Shown here in pieces: positions 46,710-58,160 of a DNA stretch of 64,000 nucleotides. Within the stretch, counting starts at the first letter, position 1; each line of letters begins with the position of its first letter. This DNA is from Desulfomonilia bacterium (lineage in GTDB: Bacteria; Desulfobacterota; Desulfomonilia; UBA1062). The position numbers and the translations under genes are program-made. The notes below the pieces were generated by a model. It was not told the origin of the DNA. It saw only the letters and a list, made by a program, of their open reading frames with translations, and did no database searches. The stretch spans positions 32,001 to 96,000 of the forward strand of contig JBEKDT010000012.1 in the NCBI GenBank assembly GCA_050014195.1, read 5' to 3'.

Positions 46710-48689
46710 CTAATCCGCTTCTTTTGTCTCCGACCGGACTATGCCGAGCTTATGCATCCTCGCTCTTAAGGTACTCGGGTGGATGCCCAAGATCGCTGCG
46801 GCCCCGTCCTTTCCCTCGATGCGCCATCGGGCTTCAGAAAGGATTTTGAGAATTTGGTTTCGCTCCGTCTCTTCCAATGTCCTCACGACGGATGAAAGTT
46901 GGGGGGATGAAATCTCCAGTTTATCTGCCAGTTGTAAAACCGACCCGGGGCATAAGATCACGGCCCGTTCAATGATGCTTTCAAGCTCCCGGACGTTCCC
47001 AGGCCACGGGTAATCCTGCAGCGCCTTCATCGTCTCCTTGTGAATCGACATAATCTGTTTGCCCAATTTCCTGGAATACCTTTCTATGAAGGCCTGGACC
47101 ATCATAGGGATGTCATCTTTGCGCTGCCGTAGTGGTGGGACAGTGATGGGGAAGACGTTGAGCCGATAGTAAAGGTCCTGCCGAAACCGGCCCTTGCGGA
47201 CCTCTTCCTCAAGGTCTCGATTGGTCGTCGCAACGATCCGTACATCGACTTTCATGGTATGGGACGAGCCCAGGCGCTCAAACTCGTTATGCTGAATCAC
47301 CCGGAGTAGCTTTGCCTGCACCTCCAGCGGTAGCTCCCCGATCTCGTCCAGGCAAAGGGTGGAACCATGGGCGACCTCGAACCGACCGACCTGCCGGGTA
47401 TCGGCCCCGGTAAATGCCCCCTTCTCCCGGCCGAACAATTCGCTCTCAATTAAATTGCCCGGCAGGGCAGCACAGTTGACCGTAATCAAGAGCCGTTCCT
47501 TACGGGGACTCATGTCATGGATGGCGAAAGCGATCAGCTCCTTCCCCGTACCGGTCTCACCAAGGATGAGGACCGTTGTGTTCGTGGGCGCAACTTGTTC
47601 CGCTCGATAGAGAACATACTTGAGACCATCACTTTGCCCGAGAATATGCTCAAATCGATGTTTCATTTTGTTCTCGTGACGGAAGTAAATATTCTCGGCC
47701 TCCAGTTGGTCTTTCATTGTTTTGATTTCAGAAAGAGCCGTCCGAAGTTCGACAGCTTGTCGTTCCAGTTCGTTGTGAGATTTTTTTAAAGCCTCTGCTA
47801 TAAGTTTCCGTTCAGTGGTGTCGCGGATGTTACACTGAATCACTTTATAATTATTAACAAGATAGACATTACTGACAAATTCCACGGCAATTGGCCGTCC
47901 CTCTTTCGTCTCCAATGGTAAATCATGGTAGCGAACATATCCCTTGCTCTTCAATTCCGAAGAGGTGGCTTTCGATGCTTCAATATCTCTAAAGGTGCCA
48001 ATTTCCCAGAGTTTCTTCCCTAAGAGCTCCTCATGTGAATAACCCAACATTTCTAACAAGAATGGGTTAACATCCACTATTTGTCCTGTCTCGGCATCGA
48101 GGATTAATATTCCATCTTGGGATGCTTCAAAGAGACGGCGGTAGCGAGTTTCAGAAATCTTTAGCGCCTCCTCCATCTTCTTGCGCTCGGTGATGTCCAC
48201 CATTACGGCGCACACCGCACCGAGCATATCCGTGCGCTGAAGGGGACTTACGGAAAATAAGACAGGTACAGAATTTCCACCTCCGCCCTGTAAGGCCAGT
48301 TCCCCTTCACTGTTCCCCTTTAAACCCCGCTCAACCAATGCCTCAAATAATTGAAGGTCTGTTGATGAAATGTATTGGTAGATTGAAGATCCTATTACTT
48401 TTTCCAGAGACCCTTTGACGATATCTGCAAAACGTTGGTTACAGTAAAGGATCGTACCGTCGGAGGCCAGGGTGATGGCCCCTTCGTTCATGGTTTCGAC
48501 CATGACCCTGTAAGGATGCTCGGCACCCGATAGGGTAAATACCCGATCTCCTTCCGCCGTTGAGACAACCAGACCATCCACCCCACCGCCTCGGATAGCG
48601 CGCAGAGTTTCCTCAGCTTCCATCATCCGCGATGTGAGTTCCTGCAACTCATCCAGAAGTTGCTGGCGTGTTCTATCCGATTTGTTCAT
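46710..48689 (-). CDS. Sigma54-dependent enhancer-binding protein with two PAS domains (no receiver domain)
   Basis: Coiled-coil N-terminus, two PAS domains, [37 protein letters not shown], Fis-type HTH. Confidence 0.95.
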   Translation of the reverse strand: MNKSDRTRQQLLDELQELTSRMMEAEETLRAIRGGGVDGLVVSTAEGDRVFTLSGAEHPYRVMVETMNEGAITLASDGTILYCNQRFADIVKGSLEKVIGSSIYQYISSTDLQLFEALVERGLKGNSEGELALQGGGGNSVPVLFSVSPLQRTDMLGAVCAVMVDITERKKMEEALKISETRYRRLFEASQDGILILDAETGQIVDVNPFLLEMLGYSHEELLGKKLWEIGTFRDIEASKATSSELKSKGYVRYHDLPLETKEGRPIAVEFVSNVYLVNNYKVIQCNIRDTTERKLIAEALKKSHNELERQAVELRTALSEIKTMKDQLEAENIYFRHENKMKHRFEHILGQSDGLKYVLYRAEQVAPTNTTVLILGETGTGKELIAFAIHDMSPRKERLLITVNCAALPGNLIESELFGREKGAFTGADTRQVGRFEVAHGSTLCLDEIGELPLEVQAKLLRVIQHNEFERLGSSHTMKVDVRIVATTNRDLEEEVRKGRFRQDLYYRLNVFPITVPPLRQRKDDIPMMVQAFIERYSRKLGKQIMSIHKETMKALQDYPWPGNVRELESIIERAVILCPGSVLQLADKLEISSPQLSSVVRTLEETERNQILKILSEARWRIEGKDGAAAILGIHPSTLRARMHKLGIVRSETKEAD

Positions 48690-48699
48690 TGATTCGCAC

Positions 48700-49044
48700 T
48701 CATGAAATTTTGGGTTTCAGATCGATGCCTACAAGAAACCTTTCCGTATCCGACATGTCGCCGATGAGCTTCCGGAGTGGCAGAGGGAGTTTCTTGATGA
48801 GCGTTGGGGTGGCAATAATCTGCTCTCCCTTGGCCAGCTTGGGCTGCTGGTAGATGTCTATCACCTCGAGTTCGTAGTAGCCTTTCAGGTATTTTTTACA
48901 GAGTGTCTGGACATTGGCGATTGCCTGGGTTGACTTTGGGGTCATCCCTGTAACATACAGCCGAAGAACGTACTTTGCCCGGGCCCGCTTCGCTGTCGCT
49001 TTCTCGAATTCCTCAGTGCTCGTTTTCACTCTTTTCCTCTCCAT
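48700..49044 (-). CDS. kaiB: KaiB family protein
   Basis: [50 protein letters not shown]. Confidence 0.93.
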   Translation of the reverse strand: MERKRVKTSTEEFEKATAKRARAKYVLRLYVTGMTPKSTQAIANVQTLCKKYLKGYYELEVIDIYQQPKLAKGEQIIATPTLIKKLPLPLRKLIGDMSDTERFLVGIDLKPKIS

Positions 49045-49069
49045 GTCTGTTACTCCAAAATTGATTTTA

Positions 49070-49402
49070 TCATCCGGAGACAGAACGAATGTCGAGTCCC
49101 ACCAGCACGCGCTCTGTGTTAGCCAGATCTCCGATAATCTTTTTAAGCGGTTCAGGGAGCTTCCTTACCAGTGTCGGTATGGCAATAATCTGGTCCCCTT
49201 TAGCAAGATGGGGATTCTTTAAAAGATCGATCACTTCAATGCGATATTTCCCCGCGAGGTGCTCTTCACAGATCTTCTTTAAATTGGCAAAGGCCGTAAT
49301 CGATTTCTGGGTCTGACCGGCTACATATAACCGGAGGTTCCAGATACTTTCCGTCGAATCGGTCTTTGCCTTCTTCCCCTTTCCTGGTGAGACAGCTTTC
49401 AC
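49070..49402 (-). CDS. kaiB: KaiB family protein
   Basis: [47 protein letters not shown]. Confidence 0.94.
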   Translation of the reverse strand: MKAVSPGKGKKAKTDSTESIWNLRLYVAGQTQKSITAFANLKKICEEHLAGKYRIEVIDLLKNPHLAKGDQIIAIPTLVRKLPEPLKKIIGDLANTERVLVGLDIRSVSG

Positions 49403-51153
49403 CTTACTCTCCTTTCCCTCTTCTTTTTCGCGCGCAACACCTGCGGAGCAGAAGGTTTTCCCTTGCGAAGATGCGCCATTTCTAAACGGTCTTTGGCCAG
49501 AACAGCTTGTCTTTTCTGCTCTTCTTCCGCCATCAAATGCACCTCTTCAGTTTCCACATCGAACTCGGCACGCAGCGCTGCGATCTTTGCTTCCAGGGCC
49601 TTCCTCTTGCGCTCCTGCTCGCGGAGCCTGCGATCGGCCTCAAGATGGCATGCCAGCGAAGAGGCCTTTTCCCCGGCTTTCTGGACTGCACGGGCACTGC
49701 CGGTTAATACCTCGCCGGAACCGGTATAGATGTCGATGAGGTCAATGCCCTGGTTCGTGAGCAGGAACTCTTGAATCTGGTTGGAGTGGGCCATGCCGCG
49801 GGACTTCAAGATGTAGAGGCCCCGGTTGCGTTCCCCATTGAGTTCGATATCCCTCAGGAGAAGCCACGTATCGATCAGAGAAGATATCTCTTCGCTTGTG
49901 TGTTCAAGGCTGCCTCCAAAATGAGTGAGGTCCGTAAGGAAAGTGGAGATCTTTTTCATCTTTAAATGGTCGATCAGGCGCGTTAATATGGATTTGACCT
50001 CTGATTCTGTTCCCGCGGCGCTCAGGTTGCTGATCGGGTCTACAATGAAAACCTGGGGATTGAACTCATCGATCACCTTGTGGAAGGTGACAAGATGCAT
50101 CTCAAGGCCGTAAAGCGAAGGCCGGGCCGAATGAAACTTGAGAAGCCCCCTCTTCACCCACCGGGCGAGATCCATGCCGATGGAGCCCATGTTCCGGATG
50201 ATCTGGCTGGGCGATTCCTCGAAGGCAAAATACAGGCAGCGCTCACCTCGCCGGCAGGCGGCGTCGGCAAAGGTACCCGACATACTTGTTTTGCCTGTGC
50301 CCGCCGTACCGGAGACGAGGATGGTGCTGCCCCGGTAGAATCCCTTTCCATCGAGCATTGCATCCAACTTGGGGACGCCCGTGGAGATGCGCTCCGTGGA
50401 AACGGGGTAGTCGAGCCCCAGGGAAGTTATCGGCAGGAGAGAGAGGCCGCTCTCGTCTATCAGGAAGGGATACTCGTCGGCGCCGTGAGATGAGCCTCGG
50501 TACTTGACAATACGCAGACGGCGGGTGGAAATTTGCTCCTCGATGCGGAAATCGAGAAGGATCACGCAATCGGCCACGTATTCTTCGAGCCCGTAGCGTG
50601 TCAGGGTCTTGTCGCCGCTTTCCCCCGTAACGATGGCCGTCACACCGCGGTCTTTCAACCAGTGAAAAAGCCGGCGAAGCTCTGCCCGGAGAATAGCGGT
50701 ATCAGACAGTCCGGAGAAAAGTGCTTCTATGGTATCTAAGACAACCCGCTTGGCCCCGATGGAATCAATGGCATTCCCCAGGCGGATGAACAATCCTTCC
50801 AGGTCGTACTCACCCGTCTCCTCAATCTCGCTTCGATCGATGTAGACGTGGTCCATTGCGATGAGACCACGCGACATCATGTCGTGGAGATCAAAACCTA
50901 GCGAGATGAAGTTCTTCGCGAGATCCTCCGGCGTCTCCTCGAAGATCATGAAGACCCCTGGTTCTCCATGATCCAGGGCGCCCCGCATGAGAAACTCCAT
51001 GGCGAAAAGTGTTTTGCCGCAACCCGCACTGCCGCAGATCAGGGTTGGCCTGCCTCGCGGAAGCCCTCCCTTCGTGATCTCATCGAGACCCTTAATGCCC
51101 GTCGGGCATTTTTCAAGAACATCAACATCATGTTTTGCCTTAACCATTATCAT
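49399..51153 (-). CDS. kaiC: KaiC (double RecA/ATPase domain) with C-terminal coiled coil
   Basis: Walker A GSAGCGKT and [10 protein letters not shown] motifs, ISSLIDTW phospho-site region, KSRGMAHS. Confidence 0.95.
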   Translation of the reverse strand: MIMVKAKHDVDVLEKCPTGIKGLDEITKGGLPRGRPTLICGSAGCGKTLFAMEFLMRGALDHGEPGVFMIFEETPEDLAKNFISLGFDLHDMMSRGLIAMDHVYIDRSEIEETGEYDLEGLFIRLGNAIDSIGAKRVVLDTIEALFSGLSDTAILRAELRRLFHWLKDRGVTAIVTGESGDKTLTRYGLEEYVADCVILLDFRIEEQISTRRLRIVKYRGSSHGADEYPFLIDESGLSLLPITSLGLDYPVSTERISTGVPKLDAMLDGKGFYRGSTILVSGTAGTGKTSMSGTFADAACRRGERCLYFAFEESPSQIIRNMGSIGMDLARWVKRGLLKFHSARPSLYGLEMHLVTFHKVIDEFNPQVFIVDPISNLSAAGTESEVKSILTRLIDHLKMKKISTFLTDLTHFGGSLEHTSEEISSLIDTWLLLRDIELNGERNRGLYILKSRGMAHSNQIQEFLLTNQGIDLIDIYTGSGEVLTGSARAVQKAGEKASSLACHLEADRRLREQERKRKALEAKIAALRAEFDVETEEVHLMAEEEQKRQAVLAKDRLEMAHLRKGKPSAPQVLRAKKKRERRVR

Positions 51154-51401
51154 CTCCCAGGATCTTGACTAATCAGAAGCAAAAACTACAAAAGTAAAAT
51201 ACTATTAAAGCCAGTCAGTCAAATTAGATACCAATAAAAACGCATTAAATCATAATAATAAACACCCCCCTGCCTTTCAAGGGGGGAAGGTGAAGTGGAT
51301 GATGTCATTATATTATTGCGCTTGAAGTAAGTCATTAAAAATCCATATGATGCTCCTATGATGTAAAAGCTCAAAAAATGCAAAACTGAGGAATAACAAC
51401 C

Positions 51402-51965
51402 ATGGGTATCGAGACATACATCACCCAATACGGATATATAATTATTCTGCTGGGCACCTTCTTTGAAGGTGAGACCGTGCTGGTATTGGCTGGATTCTTG
51501 GCCCACAGTGGTTACCTCGCATTTTCTCTTGTTGTTCTGTTTGGATTCGCAGGTACGTTTGCCGGTGACCAGCTCTATTTTTTCATAGGCAGGAAAAAGG
51601 GAATGGCCTATCTCGATGATCACCAGTCCTTGAAGGCAAAATCTGGCCGTGCCCTTGAACTGATGCATAGGCACAAGACCCTGATAATCATTGCCTTCAG
51701 ATTCATCTACGGTATCCGTACCGTTACTCCATTCCTCATCGGCGCAGGCGGCATTTCCCCATGGAGATTTTTGTTGTTCAATTCTTTGGGCGGATTAACT
51801 TGGGCCTTGGCAATAACCAGCTTGGGCTATGTGTTTGGACATGCAGCCGAGCTTCTTCTTCATGACATAAAACGGTATGAATTCATTATAATGGGAGCCA
51901 TCATACTGGCAGGCCTGGTGATCTGGATGCTTTATTTCATTGCAGGAAAAAGGGGAAAGAGTTGA
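51402..51965 (+). CDS. DedA family membrane protein
   Basis: GTFFEGET, GDQLYFFIGR, RFIYGIR, FLLFN..GGL.W. Confidence 0.9.
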   Translation: MGIETYITQYGYIIILLGTFFEGETVLVLAGFLAHSGYLAFSLVVLFGFAGTFAGDQLYFFIGRKKGMAYLDDHQSLKAKSGRALELMHRHKTLIIIAFRFIYGIRTVTPFLIGAGGISPWRFLLFNSLGGLTWALAITSLGYVFGHAAELLLHDIKRYEFIIMGAIILAGLVIWMLYFIAGKRGKS

Positions 51966-52164
51966 ACAGAGACGATTTTCTCATACCGTTGATTCCTGTT
52001 TAACTGATAATCCTTGAATACCTGGGCATTTAAACTGTATAAGTCAGTAGGCGTCGATTCTGGAAAGCAGTTCGGTTGACAATGGTTTATCCGTTGCATT
52101 CTTCTTGTTCATCTTCATGATCTCTTTACTTTCCAGATGGATTTGCCCACACATGAGTCCCGGA

Positions 52165-53628
52165 CTACAAGTACGGCGTCAGCAATCGCGCAATGCCATC
52201 GCGCAGGCGAGCGGGCAGTGAGCGGCCATCGACCTCCTCCAACGTCACAAGACGGGCGCCATTCCGTTTCGTCTCGACCCACTGATCAAGCCGCTGGGCA
52301 AGTTCAACGTCGTAACATTCTAAGTTGAATTCAAAGTTGAGGCGCAAACTTCGGGGATCCCAGTTGGCCGACCCCAGTAGCACCCAGCATCCATCCACCA
52401 GCATGAGTTTGGAGTGATCGAATGGAGGCGGAGTCAGCCATACCCGGCATCCATGCTGGAGCACTTGCCACCATATCGCCCGGGAGGCCCACAGGACGAA
52501 GGGCAGATTGATCCGTGCGGGCAAAATGATATCAACCTGTACACCCCGCATTGCTGCCAGATTCAGGGCGGAGATCACGGCAGGGTCGGGCAGAAAATAG
52601 GGAGTCATGATCCGAACGGAATGGCGGGCAATCGACAGCGCTCCCAACAGCGTCCAAAGAAGTTTTTCGAAATTCTCATCCGGGCCATCGGTTACGCCTC
52701 GCGCCAACACCTGCCCCGCGCTTTCGGTTTGTGGAAACCACAAATCACCACGCAAAGATTCGCCGGTTGTGAAAAGCCAATCATCGGTGAATACTTCTTG
52801 CAGTTGGGTCACCACAGGGCCCTTCACTCGGAAATGGATGTCCTGAACCGGGTTTTTCGGTTGGGCTTGAAGGCAGTGTCCCACTCGAATATTCATGCCG
52901 CCGGTAAACCCCACGCGCCCATCTACCACCAGGATCTTCCGGTGTGTGCGCATGTTGATCGACATCAGATGCCACAAAGCTAAAGGCGGGAGAAACCGTG
53001 CATGCTTCACCCCCTCCCGTTGCAGCGTGTGGAGAATGGTGGGCCAGGAATACCGGGCCCCCGTCGCGTCAATCAACACTCGCACTTCCACGCCCCGGCG
53101 CGCGGCCTCACCAAGCGCATGCGCAAAGACCATCCCGACTTCGTCCCGATCAAAGATATAGGTCACGAAAGAGACTGTCTGCCGTGCGTGCCCAATCGCC
53201 TCAAGCATGGCCGGATAGGCTTCATCTCCGTCCACCAACGGATCGATCCGATTGCCCGGCAGCAAGGGTCGCTCCACCACACCCCCCACTACCCGAGCCA
53301 GCATCTTGAGATACCCTCCGTGATCCGGCAGATGGCGCTGCAACTCTTCCGGCAGACATTCGGGTTGTGCGGCTTGTGCCCGGTACCGCTCCAGGTTTCT
53401 TCGCAACAGAGCGGCCTTATAGCGAATGCGATTCACTCCGAAGATGAAGTACATGACAGCCCCGATGAGGGGTACGAGCCAAACGAAGCCCACCCACGCG
53501 ATGGCGGAGCGCGAATCGCGCTTGTTGAGAACCACGTGTCCAGTCGCATACACAGAGAGAAGCAACCCGAGTCCGATGGCAGCGATGTGCCAGACGTCGT
53601 GCACCAGATTACCAACAGTCATTGTCAT
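52165..53628 (-). CDS. cls: Cardiolipin synthase (PLD family)
   Basis: Two N-terminal TMs; HKD motifs HRKILVVD and HSKLMLVD; GSANWD.RSL.LNFE. Confidence 0.9.
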   Translation of the reverse strand: MTMTVGNLVHDVWHIAAIGLGLLLSVYATGHVVLNKRDSRSAIAWVGFVWLVPLIGAVMYFIFGVNRIRYKAALLRRNLERYRAQAAQPECLPEELQRHLPDHGGYLKMLARVVGGVVERPLLPGNRIDPLVDGDEAYPAMLEAIGHARQTVSFVTYIFDRDEVGMVFAHALGEAARRGVEVRVLIDATGARYSWPTILHTLQREGVKHARFLPPLALWHLMSINMRTHRKILVVDGRVGFTGGMNIRVGHCLQAQPKNPVQDIHFRVKGPVVTQLQEVFTDDWLFTTGESLRGDLWFPQTESAGQVLARGVTDGPDENFEKLLWTLLGALSIARHSVRIMTPYFLPDPAVISALNLAAMRGVQVDIILPARINLPFVLWASRAIWWQVLQHGCRVWLTPPPFDHSKLMLVDGCWVLLGSANWDPRSLRLNFEFNLECYDVELAQRLDQWVETKRNGARLVTLEEVDGRSLPARLRDGIARLLTPYL

Positions 53629-53717
53629 TGCGGTCTGTCCCTTAGGTTAGTCCTCTTCATGGCACATTTTCCCGGAAATCTCACGAAAGATCTATTCGAA
53701 AAGCAAGAATTTATTCC

Positions 53718-53746
53718 TTGACAACATACTTACTAGTTAGTAAAAT
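53718..53746 (+). promoter_or_regulatory. Sigma70 promoter with TetR operator in the spacer
   Basis: TTGACA(53718)-17 bp-TAAAAT(53741); near-palindrome TACTTACTAGTTAGTA. Confidence 0.75.
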
Positions 53747-53761
53747 AAATGAGAGATTTAT

Positions 53762-54337
53762 ATGAGCAAATCACCAAAAGACACAGGGAAAAAAATAATT
53801 GATCTTGGAGAACTGTTTCTTCTCCGGCAGGGTTATAATGGCTTCAGTTATGCCGACATCGCCGTCTCTTTGGGAATTAAAAATGCTGCCATTCATTACC
53901 ATTTTCCCAGCAAGTGCGACCTTGGCCTTGCCGTCATTCAGCGGGCCAGGGTCCGTTTTAAAAGGTGGTGCGCCGGTAAGGAAACGGCAGCCATGAGTGA
54001 CTGGGAAAAGCTCGACGGCTTTTTCCAGATCTACCACCACTACCTCGCCAAGAGCGAATCGGTCTGCCTGAGCGGAGCCCTGGAAACGGATTTCACGACC
54101 CTGCCTCAGCCGATGCAGGAAGAGGCCCGGGGGCTGGTGTCGGATCTCCTTATATGGATGGAGAAGTTTCTTCACGATGCACGGAAAAGAGGAACATTCT
54201 CGTTTCCGGGAACTCCTCGTAATCAGGCAATCGTGGTGCTTGCAGTCATGCAGGGCAGTCTGCAGATGATACGGGCAACGGATCCATCGATATTCGAGGC
54301 TGCGGTGGGCCAGGTGCGCCGTCTGCTTAAACCGTAG
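53762..54337 (+). CDS. TetR/AcrR family regulator (NemR-like)
   Basis: GYNGFSYADIA..LGIKNAAIHYHFPSK.DL, CL. Confidence 0.92.
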   Translation: MSKSPKDTGKKIIDLGELFLLRQGYNGFSYADIAVSLGIKNAAIHYHFPSKCDLGLAVIQRARVRFKRWCAGKETAAMSDWEKLDGFFQIYHHYLAKSESVCLSGALETDFTTLPQPMQEEARGLVSDLLIWMEKFLHDARKRGTFSFPGTPRNQAIVVLAVMQGSLQMIRATDPSIFEAAVGQVRRLLKP

Positions 54338-54435
54338 GCCCGGATGAAGCATGCATGGAATATTTTCGACAGCAAATGACAGCCGTCAAAAGGGTTTTGG
54401 CTGCAATAATGTAAATGCTCACATAGGAGGGTTGG

Positions 54436-55617
54436 ATGGATAATACGATACCAAGATCACAGGCAAACGACTATTCAAAGGATATCATTGAAGAACGCCG
54501 GCGGTTTCTCCGGGAAAAGACCGGCATAGAACTGAACCATGTGAATAAGTATTCCTTTGATCCTGCCATGCTGCCCGGAAATATAGAACATTTTATTGGG
54601 GTAGCCCAGGTTCCCATAGGGATCACCGGTCCGCTGCTCGTGAACGGAGAATACGCCCAGGGTGAATTCTATGTCCCTCTGGCAACAAGTGAAGGAACCC
54701 TTGTCGCAAGCTATAACAGGGGGATGAAAATAATAAGACAATGCGGGGGTGTGACCACAACGATCCAGGAAGAAGCAATGCAGCGCGCCCCTGTCTTCAT
54801 ATTTGATAATGCCCGCCAGGCCCGTGATTTCGGGATCTGGCTGAAGGAACAATTTGAGGAAATTAAAAAACAGGCTGAAAGCACCACAAGGACCGGAAAG
54901 CTTATCACCATTGAGCAGTACCATGCCGGTCGATTCGTGTACACCCGGTTTGATTATACAACCGGCGACGCTGCAGGTCAGAACATGACGGGAAAAGCAA
55001 CCTTCATTGCATGCGAGTGGATCAGGAAAACCCATCCTTATGTAAAAAGGTACATGATAGACGGGAATTTCTCTACGGACAAAAAGCATTCGACCATCAA
55101 TGTACTGAAGACCAGAGGCAAACGTGTTACCGCCGAAATCACAATCCCCGAAAAGATCGTCAGGGAGCAGATGAACCAGTCTCCGGCAAGATTGCAGTTC
55201 TATCACAATATCGGAAACCTCGGGTCCTATTTCTCCGGCGCTGTGAACAACGGGAGTCACTCTGCCAATGGGATCACCGCCATTTTCATTGCAACGGGGC
55301 AGGACGCGGCAAACGTCGCAGAGGGCTCGGCGGCGATAACCTATAGCGAGAGGACAAAGGAAGGCGACTACTACTTCTCAGTGGTGATCCCCGCACTGAT
55401 TGTGGCCACTCACGGAGGAGGAACCGGGCTTGCGACCCAAAGAGAATGCCTCGAGTTGATGGATTGCTACGGAACCGGAAAAGTAAAGAAGTTCGCCGAG
55501 ATTGTCGCCGCAGCCGTCCTTGCGGGAGAGCTTTCATTGATGAGCGCAATGAGGGTGAATAAGGATGGCACCAGCGACTGGATTTCGAGCCACGATAAAT
55601 TGGGGAGAAACAGATAA
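54436..55617 (+). CDS. Hydroxymethylglutaryl-CoA reductase family protein
   Basis: IEHFIG, PLATSEGTLVASYNRG, TGDAAGQNM, DKK, ATGQDAA, GGGT, AGELSL, C-terminal His. Confidence 0.9.
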   Translation: MDNTIPRSQANDYSKDIIEERRRFLREKTGIELNHVNKYSFDPAMLPGNIEHFIGVAQVPIGITGPLLVNGEYAQGEFYVPLATSEGTLVASYNRGMKIIRQCGGVTTTIQEEAMQRAPVFIFDNARQARDFGIWLKEQFEEIKKQAESTTRTGKLITIEQYHAGRFVYTRFDYTTGDAAGQNMTGKATFIACEWIRKTHPYVKRYMIDGNFSTDKKHSTINVLKTRGKRVTAEITIPEKIVREQMNQSPARLQFYHNIGNLGSYFSGAVNNGSHSANGITAIFIATGQDAANVAEGSAAITYSERTKEGDYYFSVVIPALIVATHGGGTGLATQRECLELMDCYGTGKVKKFAEIVAAAVLAGELSLMSAMRVNKDGTSDWISSHDKLGRNR

Positions 55618-55676
55618 TTATTGAATTTTTGAGAGGGACTATATCCCTCATTCAACCATGATAGGGAGGATGCCGG

Positions 55677-57569
55677 ATGGCGGGAAAAAGCGATCAGAAA
55701 AGGGGGTATGTCATCCCCGAGGAAGAATTCAAGTGTCAGATGGAATACATCAATACCATGGACCCCTATCCCCCGCACATTTTCTACCAGAGATTTCTTG
55801 AAGTCTTACACAAGGCCAAAACGGAAGGCGGAATAAACTGGGGAACCCTGCACGAACGAGCTGCTACTAAATATCCCGGCAGGATAGCAGTCAAATGGGA
55901 CGTTTCCGATGCTCCGATTAGCTCCATGCAGATGGCTCTCCCGCACATCAAATATAAGGAATTCAATGAGGCGGTAAACCGTTATGCGAACTACTTTTTA
56001 GAAAAAGGGCTCCAGAAGGGGGATATCATTTGCCTCCTCCTGGCCAACAGGGTGGAGTCGCTGGAACTGCATGTCGCTGCTGCAAAGATCGGTGCGGTAT
56101 CTTCAATGATGAATACGGGATGGCGGGGCAGAACCCTTGCCTATGCCTTAAATCTGATTCCAGGCAAGGCGGTTATCGTAGGTGAAGAGTGTATTGATTT
56201 GTTCAATGAGGCACAACCCGAAGGAAAGAGACCGGACGGGCAACAGATCTATTATCTGGAAGATACGGGCCATGCACCCATACCGGACGGGTTCATCAAC
56301 ATAAAGGAGGCTATAAAAGACATCTCCGAGCAGAACCCCCCCACAACAGGCACGATAAGCATCTACGATCCCTGCCACCTCGTGTTCACTTCCGGCACCA
56401 CGGGCGGCATGCCCAAGGCGGCCTATACGACGCACAAGACCATGGTGGAAAATGCGAATGCCTTCAAGATGATCCTGGATTTACAGAAGAATGATACCAT
56501 CTATGTCCCGCTGCCCTTCTTTCATAATACCTTTCTCGTGTCAGCCTGGCCCCCTGCAGCGCTCAGCGGAGGAGCCATTGCCATCCGCAGGAAATTCAGC
56601 GCAAGCCATTTCTGGAACGATACCCGTAAATTCAGGGCTACAAAATTCTGCTATGTAGGAGAATTGTGCCGTTACCTGATGAACCAGCCGGAAAGATCCG
56701 ATGATGCCGCAAACCCCGTTGAAGGGATGTTCGGTAACGGTCTCCGTCCGGAAATCTGGAAGGCGTTCAAGAAGCGCTTTGATATACCTGCAGTCAACGA
56801 ATTCTACGGCGCTGCGGAGCTGCCGAGCGGTTTTGTGAACCAGTACAACTTCGACTGCACCATAGGTCGCAGCGTAAAAACCAATGCCGTGGTGAAGTAC
56901 GACATACAGAACAACGAACCGGTCATCAACGAGAACGGCTTCATGGAGAAGACCGATTACGGCGAGATCGGCCTGGTGCTGTTTGAAATATCGGAATCGG
57001 ATCCAGTGATGGGATATACTAGGAAAGAGGATACGGAAAAGAAGATTTTCCGAGACGTGTTCAAAAAAGGCGATGCCTGGTTCAATACCGGCGACCTCAT
57101 GAGGAATATCGGTTTCGGGCACCGGCAGTTTGTCGATCGGTTGGGTGATACCTTCCGCTGGCACGGTGAAAATGTCTCGACTACGGAAGTGGAGGCAGTG
57201 CTCGATTCATACAGGCAGATCTACATATCATCCGTATACGGCGTCAAGATACCGAATACCGATGGAAGTGCAGGGATGGCGGCCATCGTGCCCTTGGACA
57301 CCAGGCTCGAGGATTTTGATTTCACGTCTTTGGCAGACCACCTGAAGAGAGAGCTTGCGGATTTCGCTGTTCCGAAGTTCATCAGGATCAAGAAGGAACT
57401 GGATCAGACCCCTACCATGAAATTCAAAAAGGACCAGCTGAAAAATGATGGGTACGATATTGAAAAAATCATCGATCCTGTTTATGTCCTGCTACCCAAT
57501 GAATCGGGATATGTGCCGTTGACAGCAGAAGTGAAGAATAAGATAGACAGAGGTGAGTACAGATTCTGA
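55677..57569 (+). CDS. Long-chain acyl-CoA synthetase (FATP/FadD6 type)
   Basis: FTSGTTG.PKAA, YVGELCRYL, GNGLRP, EFYGA.E, DRLGDTFRWHGENVST. Confidence 0.92.
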   Translation: MAGKSDQKRGYVIPEEEFKCQMEYINTMDPYPPHIFYQRFLEVLHKAKTEGGINWGTLHERAATKYPGRIAVKWDVSDAPISSMQMALPHIKYKEFNEAVNRYANYFLEKGLQKGDIICLLLANRVESLELHVAAAKIGAVSSMMNTGWRGRTLAYALNLIPGKAVIVGEECIDLFNEAQPEGKRPDGQQIYYLEDTGHAPIPDGFINIKEAIKDISEQNPPTTGTISIYDPCHLVFTSGTTGGMPKAAYTTHKTMVENANAFKMILDLQKNDTIYVPLPFFHNTFLVSAWPPAALSGGAIAIRRKFSASHFWNDTRKFRATKFCYVGELCRYLMNQPERSDDAANPVEGMFGNGLRPEIWKAFKKRFDIPAVNEFYGAAELPSGFVNQYNFDCTIGRSVKTNAVVKYDIQNNEPVINENGFMEKTDYGEIGLVLFEISESDPVMGYTRKEDTEKKIFRDVFKKGDAWFNTGDLMRNIGFGHRQFVDRLGDTFRWHGENVSTTEVEAVLDSYRQIYISSVYGVKIPNTDGSAGMAAIVPLDTRLEDFDFTSLADHLKRELADFAVPKFIRIKKELDQTPTMKFKKDQLKNDGYDIEKIIDPVYVLLPNESGYVPLTAEVKNKIDRGEYRF

Positions 57570-57753
57570 TGTTGTCCGACAGAACCCTTACAGCGCGAGA
57601 TGCTGGAGTCATATATTGAATAGAACACTTACAAGAGGGAGAAGGGGCCGGGTGTGCATCCTGGATAGAATTACCTAAAGAGGGGGTGTGACCACATCTC
57701 CATATTATCCGGCGTACTGGTCGGGTTTTCTGTGCACCCGAGAAAAACTCACA

Positions 57754-58035
57754 TTACTCTTCGAATCCTATGGAGAACATGCCTTCAAGATCATGCCGGG
57801 AATAGGTGCGGAATGCGAGCATGGTTTCAGACCCGGTGATCCCTTTTATCTTGAGCATCTTATTGGTGACGAGCTCTGCAAGTTCATCATTGCTGCCCAC
57901 CCTGGCTATAGCCACCAGATCATACCTGCCGCTGACTGAGAAGACCTCTGACATGCCCTTGATGTCTGAAAGATCTTGCGCTGTTTCATTGATACGTTCG
58001 CGTGCAACATTCAATAATATGATTGCTGTAACCAT
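57754..58035 (-). CDS. Stand-alone Lrp/AsnC ligand-binding (RAM) domain protein
   Basis: MVTAIILLNV, EVFSVSGRYDLVAI, GITGSETMLAF; AGGAGG RBS. Confidence 0.85.
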   Translation of the reverse strand: MVTAIILLNVARERINETAQDLSDIKGMSEVFSVSGRYDLVAIARVGSNDELAELVTNKMLKIKGITGSETMLAFRTYSRHDLEGMFSIGFEE

Positions 58036-58160
58036 GGCTCTCCCTCCTGGTTTCACCCTTAAAGGGTCAGCCAAAGAGAAGCAACTAAATTATTGTGGTG
58101 TAAAAAGGGCTGAGAGTGAAAAAAGGGTAATTGAAGGGTTCGGTGTGTGCTTAACTCGTA

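Noticed and set aside
49399-51153. A true circadian oscillator
   Set aside because: No kaiA in the window, and rhythmicity cannot be inferred from sequence
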